Shown here one piece after another: positions 51,020 through 63,278 of a DNA stretch of 64,000 nucleotides. The position numbers and the translations under genes were made by a program. Below the pieces are notes generated by a model. The model had not been told where the DNA came from. It searched no databases and saw only the letters and a list, made by a program, of their open reading frames with translations. The stretch comes from Anaeromyxobacter sp. (GTDB lineage Bacteria; Myxococcota; Myxococcia; Myxococcales; Anaeromyxobacteraceae): positions 34,079 to 98,078 of the forward strand of contig JASGJN010000006.1 in the NCBI GenBank assembly GCA_049840735.1, given 5' to 3'. Positions within the stretch are counted from its first letter, which is position 1, and each line of letters opens with the position of its first letter.

Positions 51020-53480
51020 ATGCCCCATCCCCGCACCGCCCTGCTCTCGATCTCTCCTCGCCGCCTCGCCGGCCCTGGCGCAGCAGCTCGAGGCGCCGGC
51101 CAGGACCGCCCCGGCCAAGGCCGCGCCGGCCAGGCCCGCGGTCACGCCCGCGCTGCCGGCCATCCCGGAGATCGCCTTCGAGCGCCACGTCCTGCCGAAC
51201 GGCCTCACCGTCATCATCCACGAGGACCACAAGGCGCCCATCGCGGCGGTGAACGTCTGGTACCACGTCGGCTCCAAGAACGAGCGGCTGGGCAAGACCG
51301 GCTTCGCGCACCTCTTCGAGCACGCTGATGTTCAACGGCTCGGAACACTTCAACGACGACTGGTTCAAGGTGCTGGAGCGGATCGGCGCCACGGACCTGA
51401 ACGGCACCACCAACAACGACCGGACCAACTACTTCCAGAACGCTGCCGGTGTCGGCGTCTGGACACCGGTGTCCTGATCGAGTCCGACCGGATGGCCACC
51501 TGGTCGGCGCCATCAGCATCAAGCCAAGCTGGACGACAGCGCGGCGTGGTCCAGACACGGAGAAGCGGCAGGGCGAGAACGAGCCTACGGCCTGGTGATG
51601 GAGGTGATGGCCCCCTGAATCTACCGCACAACCACCCCTACTCCTGGCCACCATCGGCTCGACTTAAGGAGTGGTTCAAGACCTACTACGGCGCCGCCAA
51701 CGCCACGGTGGTGGTGGCCGGCGACGTGAAGCCGGCCGAGGTGCTGAAGAAGGTCCTGCACTACTTCGGCGACATCCCGGCCGGCCCGCCGGGTGGCGCG
51801 CCAGCAGGCCTGGTGGCCGAGGCGCTGGCGAGCAGCGGAGGGTCCTGCAGGACCGGTGCCGGCGGCGCGCCTGTTCCTGGTCTGGAACACGCCGGAAGCG
51901 GGCAACGCCGACGACGACCTGCTCTCGCTGGCGGCCGGCGTCCTCCGAGGGGAAGAGCTCGCGGCTCTACAAGCGGCTGGTCTACGACACGCAGCTCTGC
52001 ACCGCGGTCAACGCCAGCCCCGGCACCGCCGAGATCGGCTCCACCTTCTACCTCGACGATACCCGCGCGGCCGGGCGGTGACCTGGCGCCGGTGGAGGCG
52101 GCGGTGCGCGAGGAGCTGAAGCGGGGCCCGCGGGCGCCAAGACGGCGCGGCTGGGCCGCTTCGTGCGCGGCGCGGAGCATCGGCGGCTTCGGCGGCACCT
52201 CCGACGCGCTTGCCGAGCACCAGGTTATGGAGGCTCGCCGGACTTCAGCAAGGTCCGGTCGGGCGCGTGCGCGACGCCACCGCGGCCCAGGCGACGCGGC
52301 CCGGCGCTGGCTCTCCGACGGCGCCTACGTCCTCTCGTGCTGCCCTACGGCGAGCACACCGCCGCCAGCGCCGGGGCCCATCGCCGAGCGCCCCGCCCCC
52401 GGCGGCCCCGGCGCCGGCCTTCCCGGCCTTCAGGGCCACAAGCTCGGGAACGGCCTCGGAGCGTGGCGGGAGCGCCACGCCGTCCCGGCGGTGCAGCTCG
52501 ACCTGCTGGTGGACGCCGGCTACGCCTCGGACCAGTTCGCGGCCCGCCTGGCCTCGGCCACGTGGAATTAGGGCACTCTGGTCGGCGCTGGACACTTCCT
52601 CCGACGCGCCGCAGTCGCTGGGCGCGCAGCTCGACACCCGGCTCCGACCTCGACACCAGCGCGGTGACGATGTCCGCGCTCGGGGCCAACCTCGAGCCGT
52701 CGCTGGGGCTGCTGGCCGAGGTGGCGATGGCGCCCACCTTCCCGGCCGCCGACTTCGAGCGGCTCAAAGCACAACAGCTGGCGGCCATCGCGCAGGAGCA
52801 GTCCGAGCCCATGACCTCGGCGCTGCGGATCTGCCGCGGCGCGGGGCAGGGGCACGCCTACGCCAACCCGCTCACCGGCTCCGGCACCACCGCCTCGGTC
52901 GCGAGCCACCCGCGACGACGCGGCGGCAGGACCTGGGTGCGCCCGAGCCAATGCCACGCTGGTGGTGGGGGACACCACCGCGGCCGAGATCGTGCCGAAG
53001 CTGGAGAAGCTCTTCGCCGGCCTGGCAGCCAGGCGAGGTGCCGAAGAAGAACCTGGCGCCGGTGGCCCTGCCCAGCGCGCCGCGGGTCTTCGTGCTCGGC
53101 TCCATCCAGAGCGTGGTCATCGTCCGGCCTGGCCGCGCCGCCGCGCGCCAACCCGGACGAGATCCCGAGACGGCGCTCAACACCATCCTGGGCGGCGTGT
53201 TCATCTCGCGCCTCAACATCAACCTGCGCGAGGACAAGCACTGGTCCTAGCGCCCGCACCACCTTCGTGGACGCCCGGGGGCCGCGCACCTTCTTCGCCT
53301 ACGCGCCGGTGCAGGCCGACAAGCCCGCTGAGGCGGCTGCCGCAGCGAGCTGGACGGCGCGCCAAACGCCGACGCCCTGGATGCAGTGGTCATGGCCAAG
53401 TCGGCCTTGACCCGTCCTGCCCCCCGGGCGCTGGAGACGTCGCGGGCGGTGGTGAGCTCCATCACCTCCATCGTCCAGCA
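51020..53480 (+). CDS. M16 (PqqL/insulinase-like) zinc peptidase, heavily error-laden and truncated at the fold-back
   Basis: WYHVGSKNE, GFAHLFEH, NGTTNNDRTNYF, SRLNINLREDKHWS, spread across shifting frames. Confidence 0.8.
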
Positions 53481-53482
53481 GC

Positions 53483-56044
53483 TCGCCCGCGACGTCTCCC
53501 AGCGCCCTGGGCAGCGGCAGGGTCAAGGCCGACTTGGCCATGACCAGCTCGTCCGGCGTGGGCGGCTTGGCGCCGCGGATCCCGGTCAGCTCGCTGCGCA
53601 CCTCGGTGACCGCCTCGGCGGTCTTGTCGGCCTGCACCGGCGCGTAGGCGAAGAAGGTGCGCGGCCCCCGGGCGTCCACGAAGGTGGTGCGGGCGCCGTA
53701 GGACCAGTGCTTGTCCTCGCGCAGGTCGACGTCGAGGCGCGAGATGAACACGCCGCCCAGGATGGTGTTGAGCGCCGTCTGCGGGATCGTCCGGGTTGGC
53801 GCGCGGCGGCGCGGCCAGGCCGGCGATGACCACGCTCTGGATGGAGCCGGGCGGTCCACCACGAAGACCCGCGGCGCGCTGGGCAGGGCCACCGGCGCCA
53901 GGTTCTTCTTCGGCACCTCGCCTGGCTGCCAGCCGGCGAAGAGCTTCTCCAGCTTCGGCACGATCTCGGCCGCGGTGGTGTCCCCCACCACCACCAGCGT
54001 GGCGTTGTTCGGGCGCACCCAGGTCCGTGCCAGCGCACCACGTCGTCGCGGGTCAGCTTCGCGACGAGGCGGTGGTGCCGGAGCCGGTGAGCGGGTTGGC
54101 GTAGGCGTGCCCCTGCCCGTAGACCAGCCGCGGCAGGATCGCAGCGCCGAGGTCGATGGCGGGCTCGGACTGCTCCTGCGCGATGGCCGCCAGCTGCTGC
54201 TGCTTGAGCCGCTCGAAGTCGGCGGCCGGGAAGGTGGGCGCCATCACCACCTCGGCCAGCAGCCCCAGCGACGGCTCGAGGTTGGCCCCGAGCGCGGACA
54301 TGGTCACCACGCCGGTGTCGAGGTCGGAGCGGGTGTCGAGCTGCGCGCCCAGCGACTGCAGCGCGTCGGAGATTGTGCAGCGCCGACCGGGAGCGGGTGC
54401 CCTCGTCCAGCATGGCCGAGGCCAGGCGGGCCGCGCCGGGCGTGCCGAACTGGTCCGAGGCGTAGCCGGCGTCCACCAGCAGGTCGAGCTGCACCGCCGG
54501 GACGGCGTGGCGCTCCGCCACGATCACGGTGAGGCCGTTCCCGAGCTTGTGGCGGCTGAAGGCCGGGAAGGCCGGCGCCGGGGCCGGCCCGGGGGCGGGG
54601 CGCTGGGCGCGATTGGCCCCGGCGCTGGCGGCGGTGTGCTCGCCGTAGGGCAGCACCGAGAGGACGTAGGCGCCGTCGGAGAGCCAGCGCCGGGCCGCGT
54701 CACGCACCTGGGCCGCGGTGGCGTCGCGCACGCGCCCGAGCCGGACCTTGTAGAAGTCCGGCGAGCCTCCGTAGACCTGGTGCTCGGCAAGCACGTCGGA
54801 GGTGCCGCCGAAGCCGCCGATCCGCTCCACGCCGCGCACGAAGCGGCCCAGCCGCGCCGTCTTGGCGCGCTGCAGCTCCGCGTCGGTCGGGCCCGAGGCC
54901 AGGAACCGCTTCAGCTCCTCGCGCACCGCCGCCTCCACCGGCGCCAGGTCACCGCCCGGCCGCGCGGTCACGTCGAGGTAGAAGGTGGAGCCGATTCTCG
55001 GCGGTGCCGGGGCTGGCGTTGACCGCGGTGCAGAGCTGCGTGTCGTAGACCAGCCGCTTGTAGAGCCGCGAGCTCTTCCCCTCGGAGAGGACGCCGGCCG
55101 CCAGCGAGAGCAGGTCGTCGTCGGCGTTGCCCCACTCCGGCGTGTTCCAGACCAGGAACAGGCGCGCCGCCGGCACCCGGTCCTGCAGGACCTGCCGCTG
55201 CTCGCCGCTGCGCCTCGCCACCCAGGCCTGCTGGCGCGCCACCGGCGGGCCGGCCGGGATGTCGCCGAAGTAGTGCAGGACCTTCTTCAGCACCTCGGCC
55301 GGCTTCACGTCGCCGGCCACCACCACCGTGGCGTTGGCGGCGCCGTAGTAGGTCTTGAACCACTCCTTCACGTCGTCCAGGGAGGCGGCCTCGAGGTCCT
55401 CCATGGAGCCGATGGTGGTCCAGGAGTAGGGGTGGTTGCGCGGGTAGATTCGAGGGGGCCATCACCTCGTCCACCAGGCCGTAGGGCTCGTTCTCGCCCT
55501 GCCGCTTCTCGTTCTGGACCACGCCGCGCTGCTCGTCCAGCTTGGCTTGGTCGATGGCGCCGACCAGGTGGCCCATCCGGTCGGACTCCATCCAGAGCAC
55601 CGTGTCGAGCGCCGACACCGGCACGTTCTGGAAGTAGTTGGTCCGGTCGTTGTTGGTGGTGCCGTTCAGGTCCGTGGCGCCGATCCGCTCCAGCACCTTG
55701 AACCAGTCGTCGTTGAAGTGCTCCGAGCCGTTGAACATCAGGTGCTCGAAGAGGTGCGCGAAGCCGGTCTTGCCCAGCCGCTCGTTCTTGGAGCCGACGT
55801 GGTACCAGACGTTCACCGCCGCGATGGGCGCCTTGTGGTCCTCGTGGATGATGACGGTGAGGCCGTTCGGCAGGACGTGGCGCTCGAAGGCGATCTCCGG
55901 GATGGCCGGCAGCGCGGGCGTGACCGCGGGCCTGGCCGGCGCGGCCTTGGCCGGGGCGGTCCTGGCCGGCGCCTCGAGCTGCTGCGCCAGGGCCGGCGAG
56001 GCGGCGAGGAGGATCGAGAGCAGGGCGGTGCGGGGATGGGGCAT
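53483..56044 (-). CDS. Mirror copy of the M16 peptidase (better quality, still frameshifted, truncated)
   Basis: HLFEHLMFNGS, ESDRMGHL, VVQNEKRQ, SRLYKRLV, LREDKHWSYGA. Confidence 0.8.
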
Positions 56045-56214
56045 TTTTGGTCGGTCTCCGGTCCTGAGCGGAGACGCGAATGTCGCGGACGTGACCGCGA
56101 CGCGCAGCGTCCCGTTGGGGGCGCGGCTCCGGCGCTCGGCGGCCGTGCCCCGGTGGCACGGCGCCGCGCCCAGCGAGCCCACCGCCGGGCGCACGCTCCG
56201 GTTACCATCGCGGC

Positions 56215-57654
56215 GTGCCCCGGCCGCTCGTGACGCTCGACCAGGTGGACGTGATCCTGGGCGGCGCCCCGGTGCTCACCGGCGTGTCCTTCGCGCTCCA
56301 GGCCGGCGAGGGCGTCGCCGTGCTGGGGGGGAACGGCTCGGGCAAGTCCACCCTGCTCCGCCTGCTCCGCGGCGACCTCTGGCCCTGGCCGCGCGGGCCG
56401 GGGCGCCGGCTCTTCCACGGGCCGGATGGCGCCGACCCGAGCCCCATCGGCGTCCGCGAGCGGCTGGCGCTGGTGGCGCCCGAGGCGCAGGACGCCTACG
56501 TGCGGCGCGACTGGGACCTGCAGGTGGAGGCGGTGATCCGTTCCGGCTTCCACGACGCGCTCTACCCGGCGGAGGCCGCGACGCCGGCCCAGGCGGCGCG
56601 GGTGCGCGAGGTGGCGGAGGCCATGGGCGTGACCTCCCTGCTCCGCCGCTCGGTGCTGGAGCTCTCGCGCGGCGAGGGACGGCGGGTGCTGCTGGCCCGG
56701 GCCCTGGCGCCGCGGCCGGACGCGCTGCTCCTCGACGAGGCCTGCGACGGGCTCGACGCCGACGCCCGCCCGGCCTTCCTGGCGCGGGTCTCGGCGGCGC
56801 TGCGCGGCGGCACGGCGGTGGTGATGGCGACGCACCGGCCGGAGGAGATCGTCCCGGAGATCGGCCGGGTGGTCCGGCTGGAGCGCGGGCAGGTGGTGGC
56901 GAGCGGCCCGCGCGAGGAGATCCTGGGCGCGCTGCCGGCGGCGCCGGCGGACGCGGTCGCGCCGGCCCGGGTCGATCCCGGCGCCCGGCCGCTCTTCCAG
57001 CTGGCCGGGACCACCGTGCTGGTGGAGGGGCGCGCGGTGCTGGACGGGCTCGACTGGACCATCCGCGCCGGCGAGCGCTGGGCGGTGCAGGGGCACAACG
57101 GCGCCGGCAAGTCCACGCTGCTCCGGCTCCTGGCCGGCGAGGAGCAGCCGGCGCGCGGCTGGATTCATTGGCTGGGCCTGGGGACCCGCGCCTCGGCGGA
57201 CGACCTGCGCGGCCGGGTGGGGCTGATCTCGCCCGAGCTGCAGGCCCGCCACCGCACCGAGGCCACCGGCCGCGAGGTGGTCCTCTCCGGGTTCGCAGGG
57301 ACCATCGGCCTGGCGGTGCCGCCCACCGAGGCGCAGCGTGCGCGCGCGGCCGAGACCGCCGCCAGGCTGGGGACCGAGCCGCTGCTGGACCGGCGGATCC
57401 ACATGCTCTCCTACGGCGAGCTGCGCAAGCTGCTCCTGGCTCGCGCGCTGGCTCCCGCGCCGGAGGCGCTCCTGCTGGACGAGCCCCTGGCCGGGCTCGA
57501 TCCGGGCGCGCGCGCCTTCACGCAGGGGGCGCTGGAGCGGGCGGCGGCCGAGGGCGTGGCGGTGGTCTCCGTCTCCCATCACCTGGACGAGCTGCCCCGC
57601 GGCGGGCACGCGCTCCGGCTGGAGGGCGGGCGGCTCGTCCGGGCGCACGGCTGA
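56215..57654 (+). CDS. Mirror copy: ModF-like double ABC ATPase (intact)
   Basis: Two Walker A motifs (GGNGSGKST, GHNGAGKST), two signature and Walker B sets. Confidence 0.85.
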   Translation: MPRPLVTLDQVDVILGGAPVLTGVSFALQAGEGVAVLGGNGSGKSTLLRLLRGDLWPWPRGPGRRLFHGPDGADPSPIGVRERLALVAPEAQDAYVRRDWDLQVEAVIRSGFHDALYPAEAATPAQAARVREVAEAMGVTSLLRRSVLELSRGEGRRVLLARALAPRPDALLLDEACDGLDADARPAFLARVSAALRGGTAVVMATHRPEEIVPEIGRVVRLERGQVVASGPREEILGALPAAPADAVAPARVDPGARPLFQLAGTTVLVEGRAVLDGLDWTIRAGERWAVQGHNGAGKSTLLRLLAGEEQPARGWIHWLGLGTRASADDLRGRVGLISPELQARHRTEATGREVVLSGFAGTIGLAVPPTEAQRARAAETAARLGTEPLLDRRIHMLSYGELRKLLLARALAPAPEALLLDEPLAGLDPGARAFTQGALERAAAEGVAVVSVSHHLDELPRGGHALRLEGGRLVRAHG

Positions 57655-57706
57655 CGGGCGGGCGGCGATTTCCCTTCCCGCCCTTTTCACGGCAGGATGT
57701 CCGCGG

Positions 57707-58420
57707 ATGGCCGACTCGCGCCGCCGCTCCTCTCCCCCGCCTCCCCGCTCGTCCGAGCGCCGTGGCGCGCCGCCCTCCCGGCCGGCTGCTCCCGCCGCCC
57801 GCCCCCCTCCGCCCGCACCCCGCCCGCCGCCGCCGCGCACCCCCGCCCCGGCGCGGTCCGCGCCCGAGCCGCGCGTGTCGCCGGCCGGCCGCGGAGGGGT
57901 CGCGCCGCGCGACCCCTCGGTGCGGGTGGTGACCGGGCCGATGTTCATCGACACGTCCACGGGCGTGTTCCAGGACCTGCGCCGCCCCGAGCCCCCCACC
58001 CTCTCGCGCCGCGACTTCGAGGCCGAGCTGGAGCGGCTCACCCGGGCGTTCGAGCGGAACGAGGAGAACCCGGCCTCCATCTCCAGCGAGGGGTGCCGGC
58101 GCTGCGTCTCGTGCATGTTCTGCCGCGACTGCGACGACTGCTACCGCTGCACCCACTGCACGGCCTGCGTCACCTCCTCGCACCTCACCCACTGCACCTC
58201 CTGCACCGGCTGCCACGACTGCGCCTACTGCGTGCAGAGCCAGAACTGCACCCGCTCCAACTACCTGGTGCTGTGCACCTCCTGCTCCGAGTGCACCTAC
58301 TGCTTCGGCTGCGTGGGGCTGGCCAAGGCCGACTTCCACATCCTCAACGTGAAGTACACCCGCAACGAGTATTTCCGCATCGTGAAGTCGCTCGAGGCGG
58401 AGCTCGGGCTGGGCGGCTGA
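57707..58420 (+). CDS. Mirror copy: cysteine-repeat protein
   Basis: Translation identical to 48643-49356. Confidence 0.8.
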   Translation: MADSRRRSSPPPPRSSERRGAPPSRPAAPAARPPPPAPRPPPPRTPAPARSAPEPRVSPAGRGGVAPRDPSVRVVTGPMFIDTSTGVFQDLRRPEPPTLSRRDFEAELERLTRAFERNEENPASISSEGCRRCVSCMFCRDCDDCYRCTHCTACVTSSHLTHCTSCTGCHDCAYCVQSQNCTRSNYLVLCTSCSECTYCFGCVGLAKADFHILNVKYTRNEYFRIVKSLEAELGLGG

Positions 58421-58458
58421 CCTCGCCCGGATCCCTCCCACCGTCGCACCCGCTCCAG

Positions 58459-59433
58459 ATGCCCGCCACCTTCGCCGCCCTCCTCGCCGCCCTGGCCGTG
58501 GCCGCCCCCGCTCCGGACGCCCCCTCGCCGGACGCCCCCTCGCCGGACGCCGCGCTCGCGCTCGACCTCGTCCCCGCCGCCGCCCGCCCGGGCGACGCGG
58601 TGCTGGTGCGGGTCCGCGGCGCCGGCGAGCGCCCCACCGGCGCGGTGGCCGGCCGGCCGCTCACCTTCTGGGCCGCGCCCGACGGCTGGCGCGCCGTGGT
58701 GGCAGTGCCCGCCGAGCTGCCCCCGGGGCCGGTGCCGGCGTCCGCGGCGGCCGCCGGCCTGACGGTGACGGGCGAGCTGCAGGTGGTGCCCTCCGGCTTC
58801 CGCGTCACCACCCAGAACCTCACCCTGCCCAAGCAGTTCGTGGAGCCGCCGGCCAAGGTGAAGAAGCGGATGGAGGCCGACCTGGCCGCCTTCAAGGCGG
58901 CCTACGACCAGCCCTTCTGCCCGCCGCTCTTCGAGGGAGACTTCGACTGGCCGCGACAGGCCCCCACCAGCGGCCGCTTCGGCGACACGCGGGTGCTCAA
59001 CGGCAAGAAGGCCTCGGTGCACTACGGCCTGGACCTGACCGGCCCGCGCGGCTCGCCCATCGCCGCCGCCAACGACGGCGTGGTGGCCATCGCCCGCGAC
59101 GCCTACCTGTCCGGCAACACCGTGATCCTCTTCCACGGCGGCGGCATGTACACCACTTACCTGCACATGGACCGGATGGCGGTGAAGACCGGCGACCGCG
59201 TGAAGCGCGGGCAGCTGCTGGGCGAGCTCGGCTCGACCGGCCGCTCCACCGGCCCGCACCTGCACTGGGGCGCCAAGGTGGGCGGGCTGTACGTGGACCC
59301 GGAGTCGCTGCTGCAGCTCCGCTGGGCCCCGGGCACGGCCCCCGACCGCACGCCCGCCGCGCCCGAGGGGCCCGCGCCCGCCGCGGCGGAGGCACCGTCC
59401 GCCGCGCCGGAGTCGGCGCCGCGGCAGCCCTGA
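58459..59433 (+). CDS. Mirror copy: M23 metallopeptidase (intact, 324 aa)
   Basis: Continuous frame from MPATFAALL through HYGLD and HLH. Confidence 0.85.
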   Translation: MPATFAALLAALAVAAPAPDAPSPDAPSPDAALALDLVPAAARPGDAVLVRVRGAGERPTGAVAGRPLTFWAAPDGWRAVVAVPAELPPGPVPASAAAAGLTVTGELQVVPSGFRVTTQNLTLPKQFVEPPAKVKKRMEADLAAFKAAYDQPFCPPLFEGDFDWPRQAPTSGRFGDTRVLNGKKASVHYGLDLTGPRGSPIAAANDGVVAIARDAYLSGNTVILFHGGGMYTTYLHMDRMAVKTGDRVKRGQLLGELGSTGRSTGPHLHWGAKVGGLYVDPESLLQLRWAPGTAPDRTPAAPEGPAPAAAEAPSAAPESAPRQP

Positions 59434-59437
59434 GCCG

Positions 59438-60229
59438 TCAGCGCGCCGCGCCGTCCACCACCGCGCGCATGGCGGCGTGGAGCGCCGGCGGAGCCGCCAG
59501 CGCCGAGCCGCCCGCCAGCGCCGGCCCGCCCCCGGTGAGCGCGGTGGCGATCCCGCCCGCCTCCTGCACCAGCAGCACGCCCGCCGCCATGTCCCAGGAC
59601 TTGAGCGACCCCTCCCAGAACCCGTCCAGGCGTCCGGAGGCCACGTAGGCCAGGTCCAGCGCCGCGCTGCCCAGGCGCCGGATCCCCTGCGCACGGACGG
59701 TGAAGGCGCCGAAGAGGTCCAGGATGGGGCCGGCCTGGGTGTGCACGTCGTAGGGGAAGCCGGTCACGAGCAGGGCCTCGCCCAGCTGCGTGCAGGCCGA
59801 GACCTGGAGGCGGCGGTCCCCCAGCCAGGCGCCGCCGCCGCGCCAGGTCCGGTAGAGCTCGCCGCGGAGCGGGTCGAGGACGGCGCCGGCCACCAGCCCG
59901 GACGCGTCCTCCACGCCGATCGTGACGCACCAGATGGGCATGCCGTGGGCGTAGTTGACGGTGCCGTCCAGCGGGTCCACGTGGAAGCGGAGCGGCCCGC
60001 GCCCGGAGCGGCCGCCGGTTTCCTCCGCCACCACGGAAGCGTCCGGGAAGGCGCGGTCCAGGAAGCCCAGGATGGCCTCCTCGCTGGCGCGGTCCGCGTC
60101 GGTGACCAGATCGATGGAGGTGGACTTCCGGTCGATGGTCCGCGGCCGCCCCCAGCGCTCGGCCAGGACCTGGCCGCCCCGCCGCGCCGCCTCGACGCAC
60201 GCCTCCATCAGCTCCTGCCCTGCCGGCAT
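59438..60229 (-). CDS. suhB: Mirror copy: inositol monophosphatase (intact)
   Basis: 263 aa; VAEE, VDPLDGT, WDMAAG. Confidence 0.85.
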   Translation of the reverse strand: MPAGQELMEACVEAARRGGQVLAERWGRPRTIDRKSTSIDLVTDADRASEEAILGFLDRAFPDASVVAEETGGRSGRGPLRFHVDPLDGTVNYAHGMPIWCVTIGVEDASGLVAGAVLDPLRGELYRTWRGGGAWLGDRRLQVSACTQLGEALLVTGFPYDVHTQAGPILDLFGAFTVRAQGIRRLGSAALDLAYVASGRLDGFWEGSLKSWDMAAGVLLVQEAGGIATALTGGGPALAGGSALAAPPALHAAMRAVVDGAAR

Positions 60230-60340
60230 CGTGCTGCCCCCTTCAAGGAGAGGGCGGGAACATACCGCGGAGACGGGGGCCGCGCCCCGGTCGCATCACG
60301 GAGGTTCACCAACGGCCATGCAGGCGTCTACACTGGGGCC

Positions 60341-60622
60341 ATGGTCAAGGTCATGCTGGTCCTGCGCACGCTCTTCCTGGCGTTCATCGTCATCTACACG
60401 ATCGTGGCGATGCCCCTGTACACCACGTTCTCGCTCTCGCAGGCCGAGGACTACAGCCGGTGCCGGGCCTCCCTCCTCGACCTGATCATCGCGGCCTGGC
60501 TCGCGATCGCCTTGATCGTGATCGAGACCGTGGTCGGGTGGTGGCACCTGCGGCGCGAGCGCCGCAGGAGGCTTGCCGCCGCCACGCCGCCGGCCACGCC
60601 CCCCGCCACGCCCGCGACCTAG
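60341..60622 (+). CDS. Mirror copy: small two-TM protein
   Basis: Same as 46445-46726 except one W/L difference next to a GATC. Confidence 0.65.
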   Translation: MVKVMLVLRTLFLAFIVIYTIVAMPLYTTFSLSQAEDYSRCRASLLDLIIAAWLAIALIVIETVVGWWHLRRERRRRLAAATPPATPPATPAT

Positions 60623-60631
60623 GCGCGGCCC

Positions 60632-62424
60632 ATGCGCCCGCGCGCGCTCCTCTACCGGCTGACCAGCTGGCTGCACCGGCGGGACGTCACCGTCTGGTTC
60701 GACCCGCGCTACCGCCTCCCGCTCTCCGGGCTGGAGGCGGCCGCCGGCATGGAGCCGCGCCGCGCCGACTACGCCGCCTGGTGGCTGCGCGAGTCCGGCG
60801 CCGTCACGGCCCGCGCCATCAAGGCGCCTCTGCCCGTATCTCCTACCAGGACCTGAACCGCGTCCACACGCCCGAGCTGCTGGAGTCGCTGGGGCGGCCG
60901 GAGACGCTGGCCCACGTCTTCGCCGTCGATCCCCTCCGACGTGCCGGTGGACGAGGTGATGACCACGGCGCGCCTGGCCTGCGGGGGCACGCTGGCCGCG
61001 GCCCGCGAGGCGCTCCGCACCCGCGGCCCGGCCATCAACCTGCTGGGCGGGTTCCACCACGCCGGCCCGGGCACGGCGGGCGGCTTCTGCCCGGTCAACG
61101 ACGTGGCGGTGGCGAGGGCGACGCGCGCGCGGAGGGGTTGCGGCGGGCGCGTGGCGGTGCTGGACCTGGACGCCCACCCGCCGGACGGGATCGCCCAGCT
61201 GCCTCGAGCAGGACCCGCGCCGCTGGATTGGCTCTGCTCTCCGGCCTCGGACTGGGGCGCGCTCTCCGGCGTGGACGAGACGGTGCTGCCGGAGGGGGGC
61301 GCCGGACGACGTGTACCTGGACGCGCTGGTCGCCCTCCTCTCGCGCATGCCCAGGCCGCACCTGGCCTTCGTCATCGCCGGCGGCGACGCGCCGGCCGGC
61401 GACCGCTTCGGGCAAGCTGGGGCTGACGCTGGGCGGCGTGCGCGAGCGCGACCTGATCGGCGGCGGCCGAGTCGAGGGCGTCCCCTCGGTCTGGCTGCCC
61501 GGCGGCGGCTACTCGCGCCGCGCCTGGCGCGTGCTGGCCGGCACCGGCATGGCGGTGGCCGCCGGCTCGCTGGCGGAGATTCCTACCTGACTACGACCCC
61601 GCTCTCGGCCGCTACGCGGTCCGTCGCGCGAGCTCTCCCCCTCCGACCTGGGCGACTCCGGCGAGCTGACCGCGGAGGACCTGGAGGAGGCGCTGGGCAT
61701 CCGCCCCTCGCGCCAGCGGCTCCTGCTCGGCTTCTACACCGCCAGCGGCATGGAGCACGCGCTCTACCGCTACGGCAACTCCCAGCAGCTGGAGCGGATG
61801 GGCCACCGGCAGTTCCGCGCCAGCTTCGACACCGCCGGGATGGCGAGCGGGTGCGGCTCTACGGCGAGGCCGAGGGGCGCGAGCACCTGCTCATCGAGCT
61901 GATCCTGGAGCGGCGGCTGGTGGGCGCGGACTTCCTCTACATCCACTGGCTCTCGCTGCGGAACCCGCGCACGCAGTTCAGCGAGCGCCGCCCGCGGTCG
62001 CCGGGGCAGGACGTGCCGGGGCTGGGGCTGCGCGCGAGGCCGGCCGACTAGTGGTGTGCATGGCGGTGCGGCTCTTGGCTGGCGGGCGTGGCCTTCCGCC
62101 CGGCGCACTACCACACCGCCTACGCCGCCCGGCAGCAGCGAGTTCGCGTTCGTGGACCCCGCGCGCCAGGGGCGCTTCGAGGCGCTGGTGCGCGACCTGC
62201 GGGGCGTGCCGCTGCTGGAGGCGACGCGGGCGGTGGCCGACGGCCGGGTGCGGCTGGGCGCGGCGCCGTACACCTGGAGGCGGACGAGATGGCCTACTGG
62301 CTGCGCGACTCGCCGCTGGACCGGGCCGAGGTGGAGCGCGTCCGCGAGGCCACCCGCTTCGAGCTCGTCCCCGCGCCGCAGGGGACGCCGCCGGCGGCCG
62401 CGCCCGGCGTCGCGCGAGCCGTGA
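60632..62424 (+). CDS. Mirror copy: HDAC-family protein, many indels
   Basis: Fragments of 44648-46435 spread over three frames. Confidence 0.75.
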
Positions 62425-62476
62425 CCCGCGCCTCCGCTCCGGCGGCCCCGCCGGCCCGCGCGCGGGCCGGGCGGCT

Positions 62477-62982
62477 TCACTCCGCGAGCAGCTCGTCCAG
62501 CTGCGCTTTCAGCCGCTCCGCGTCGCTGTGCTGGTAGCCCTCGTGCACCCAGCGCACCACGCCCGCGCGGTCCACCACCACGGTGGTGGGCAGCCGCGCC
62601 ACGCCCAGCGGCGTGGCCAGCCCCTCGCCCCCGGGCGCCCAGAGCACCTGGAAGCCGACGCCGTGGTCCTGGAGGAAGGCGTCGAGCGCGGGGCGCGTCA
62701 CGTCGAAGGAGACGGCGCGGAACTCCACCTGGCCCGCGTAGGCCTTCGCGAGCCGGTCCAGCGCGGGGAGCTGCTTCTGGCAGGGCTCGCACCAGCTGGC
62801 GAAAAGGGCCCCATCACCCTGACCGCGCCCGGGCCGCCGAGCTGCACCTCGTGCCCGGCCGGATCCGGGCGACGCCGGTGATCGCCACCCCTTCGAGCGC
62901 GGGCGCCTCGGGCGGGTCCCGCGCGGGGCGTGGCGCAGCCGGCGGCGATGGCCAGGGTGGTCCACAGAATGCGGCGGATCAT
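62477..62982 (-). CDS. Mirror copy: TlpA-like thioredoxin, frameshifted
   Basis: FASWCEPC and the C-terminus match 44092-44595. Confidence 0.75.
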
Positions 62983-63278
62983 CGTGGGATCAAGCGCGCA
63001 AGGTGGGTGCGACCTGCCTCGCACGCCTCGACGCGCCCAACAGGGCCGAGATCGCACGAAGGTCGACCCCGCCGGGCACAAGAAGTGCGCGCATGTGGGG
63101 TGTTTGCCCACCGCGCGATTCTGGAACAACCGCTTTCTTTCACGGGCCCCTTCCGCTCGAAAACTCATCTTGAGCAAGATCGCGCCTGCGCGCCTGTGCC
63201 AGTGTCTGCGGCGAAACGTCGGTGTCTGCGGCCATCGCGGTCCCCGGCGCTTCCCGAACCCGTCGAGGTGAGCTCCTG

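Noticed and set aside
51020..53480. Degraded M16 peptidase as a true pseudogene
   Set aside because: The mirror copy restores most of the missing bases; the pattern is low-coverage read noise
53380..53560. Hairpin telomere of a linear replicon, or a biological inverted amplification
   Set aside because: The turn interrupts an ordinary peptidase gene, no protelomerase or recombinase is nearby, the arms differ by random indels, and the end carries an adapter barcode
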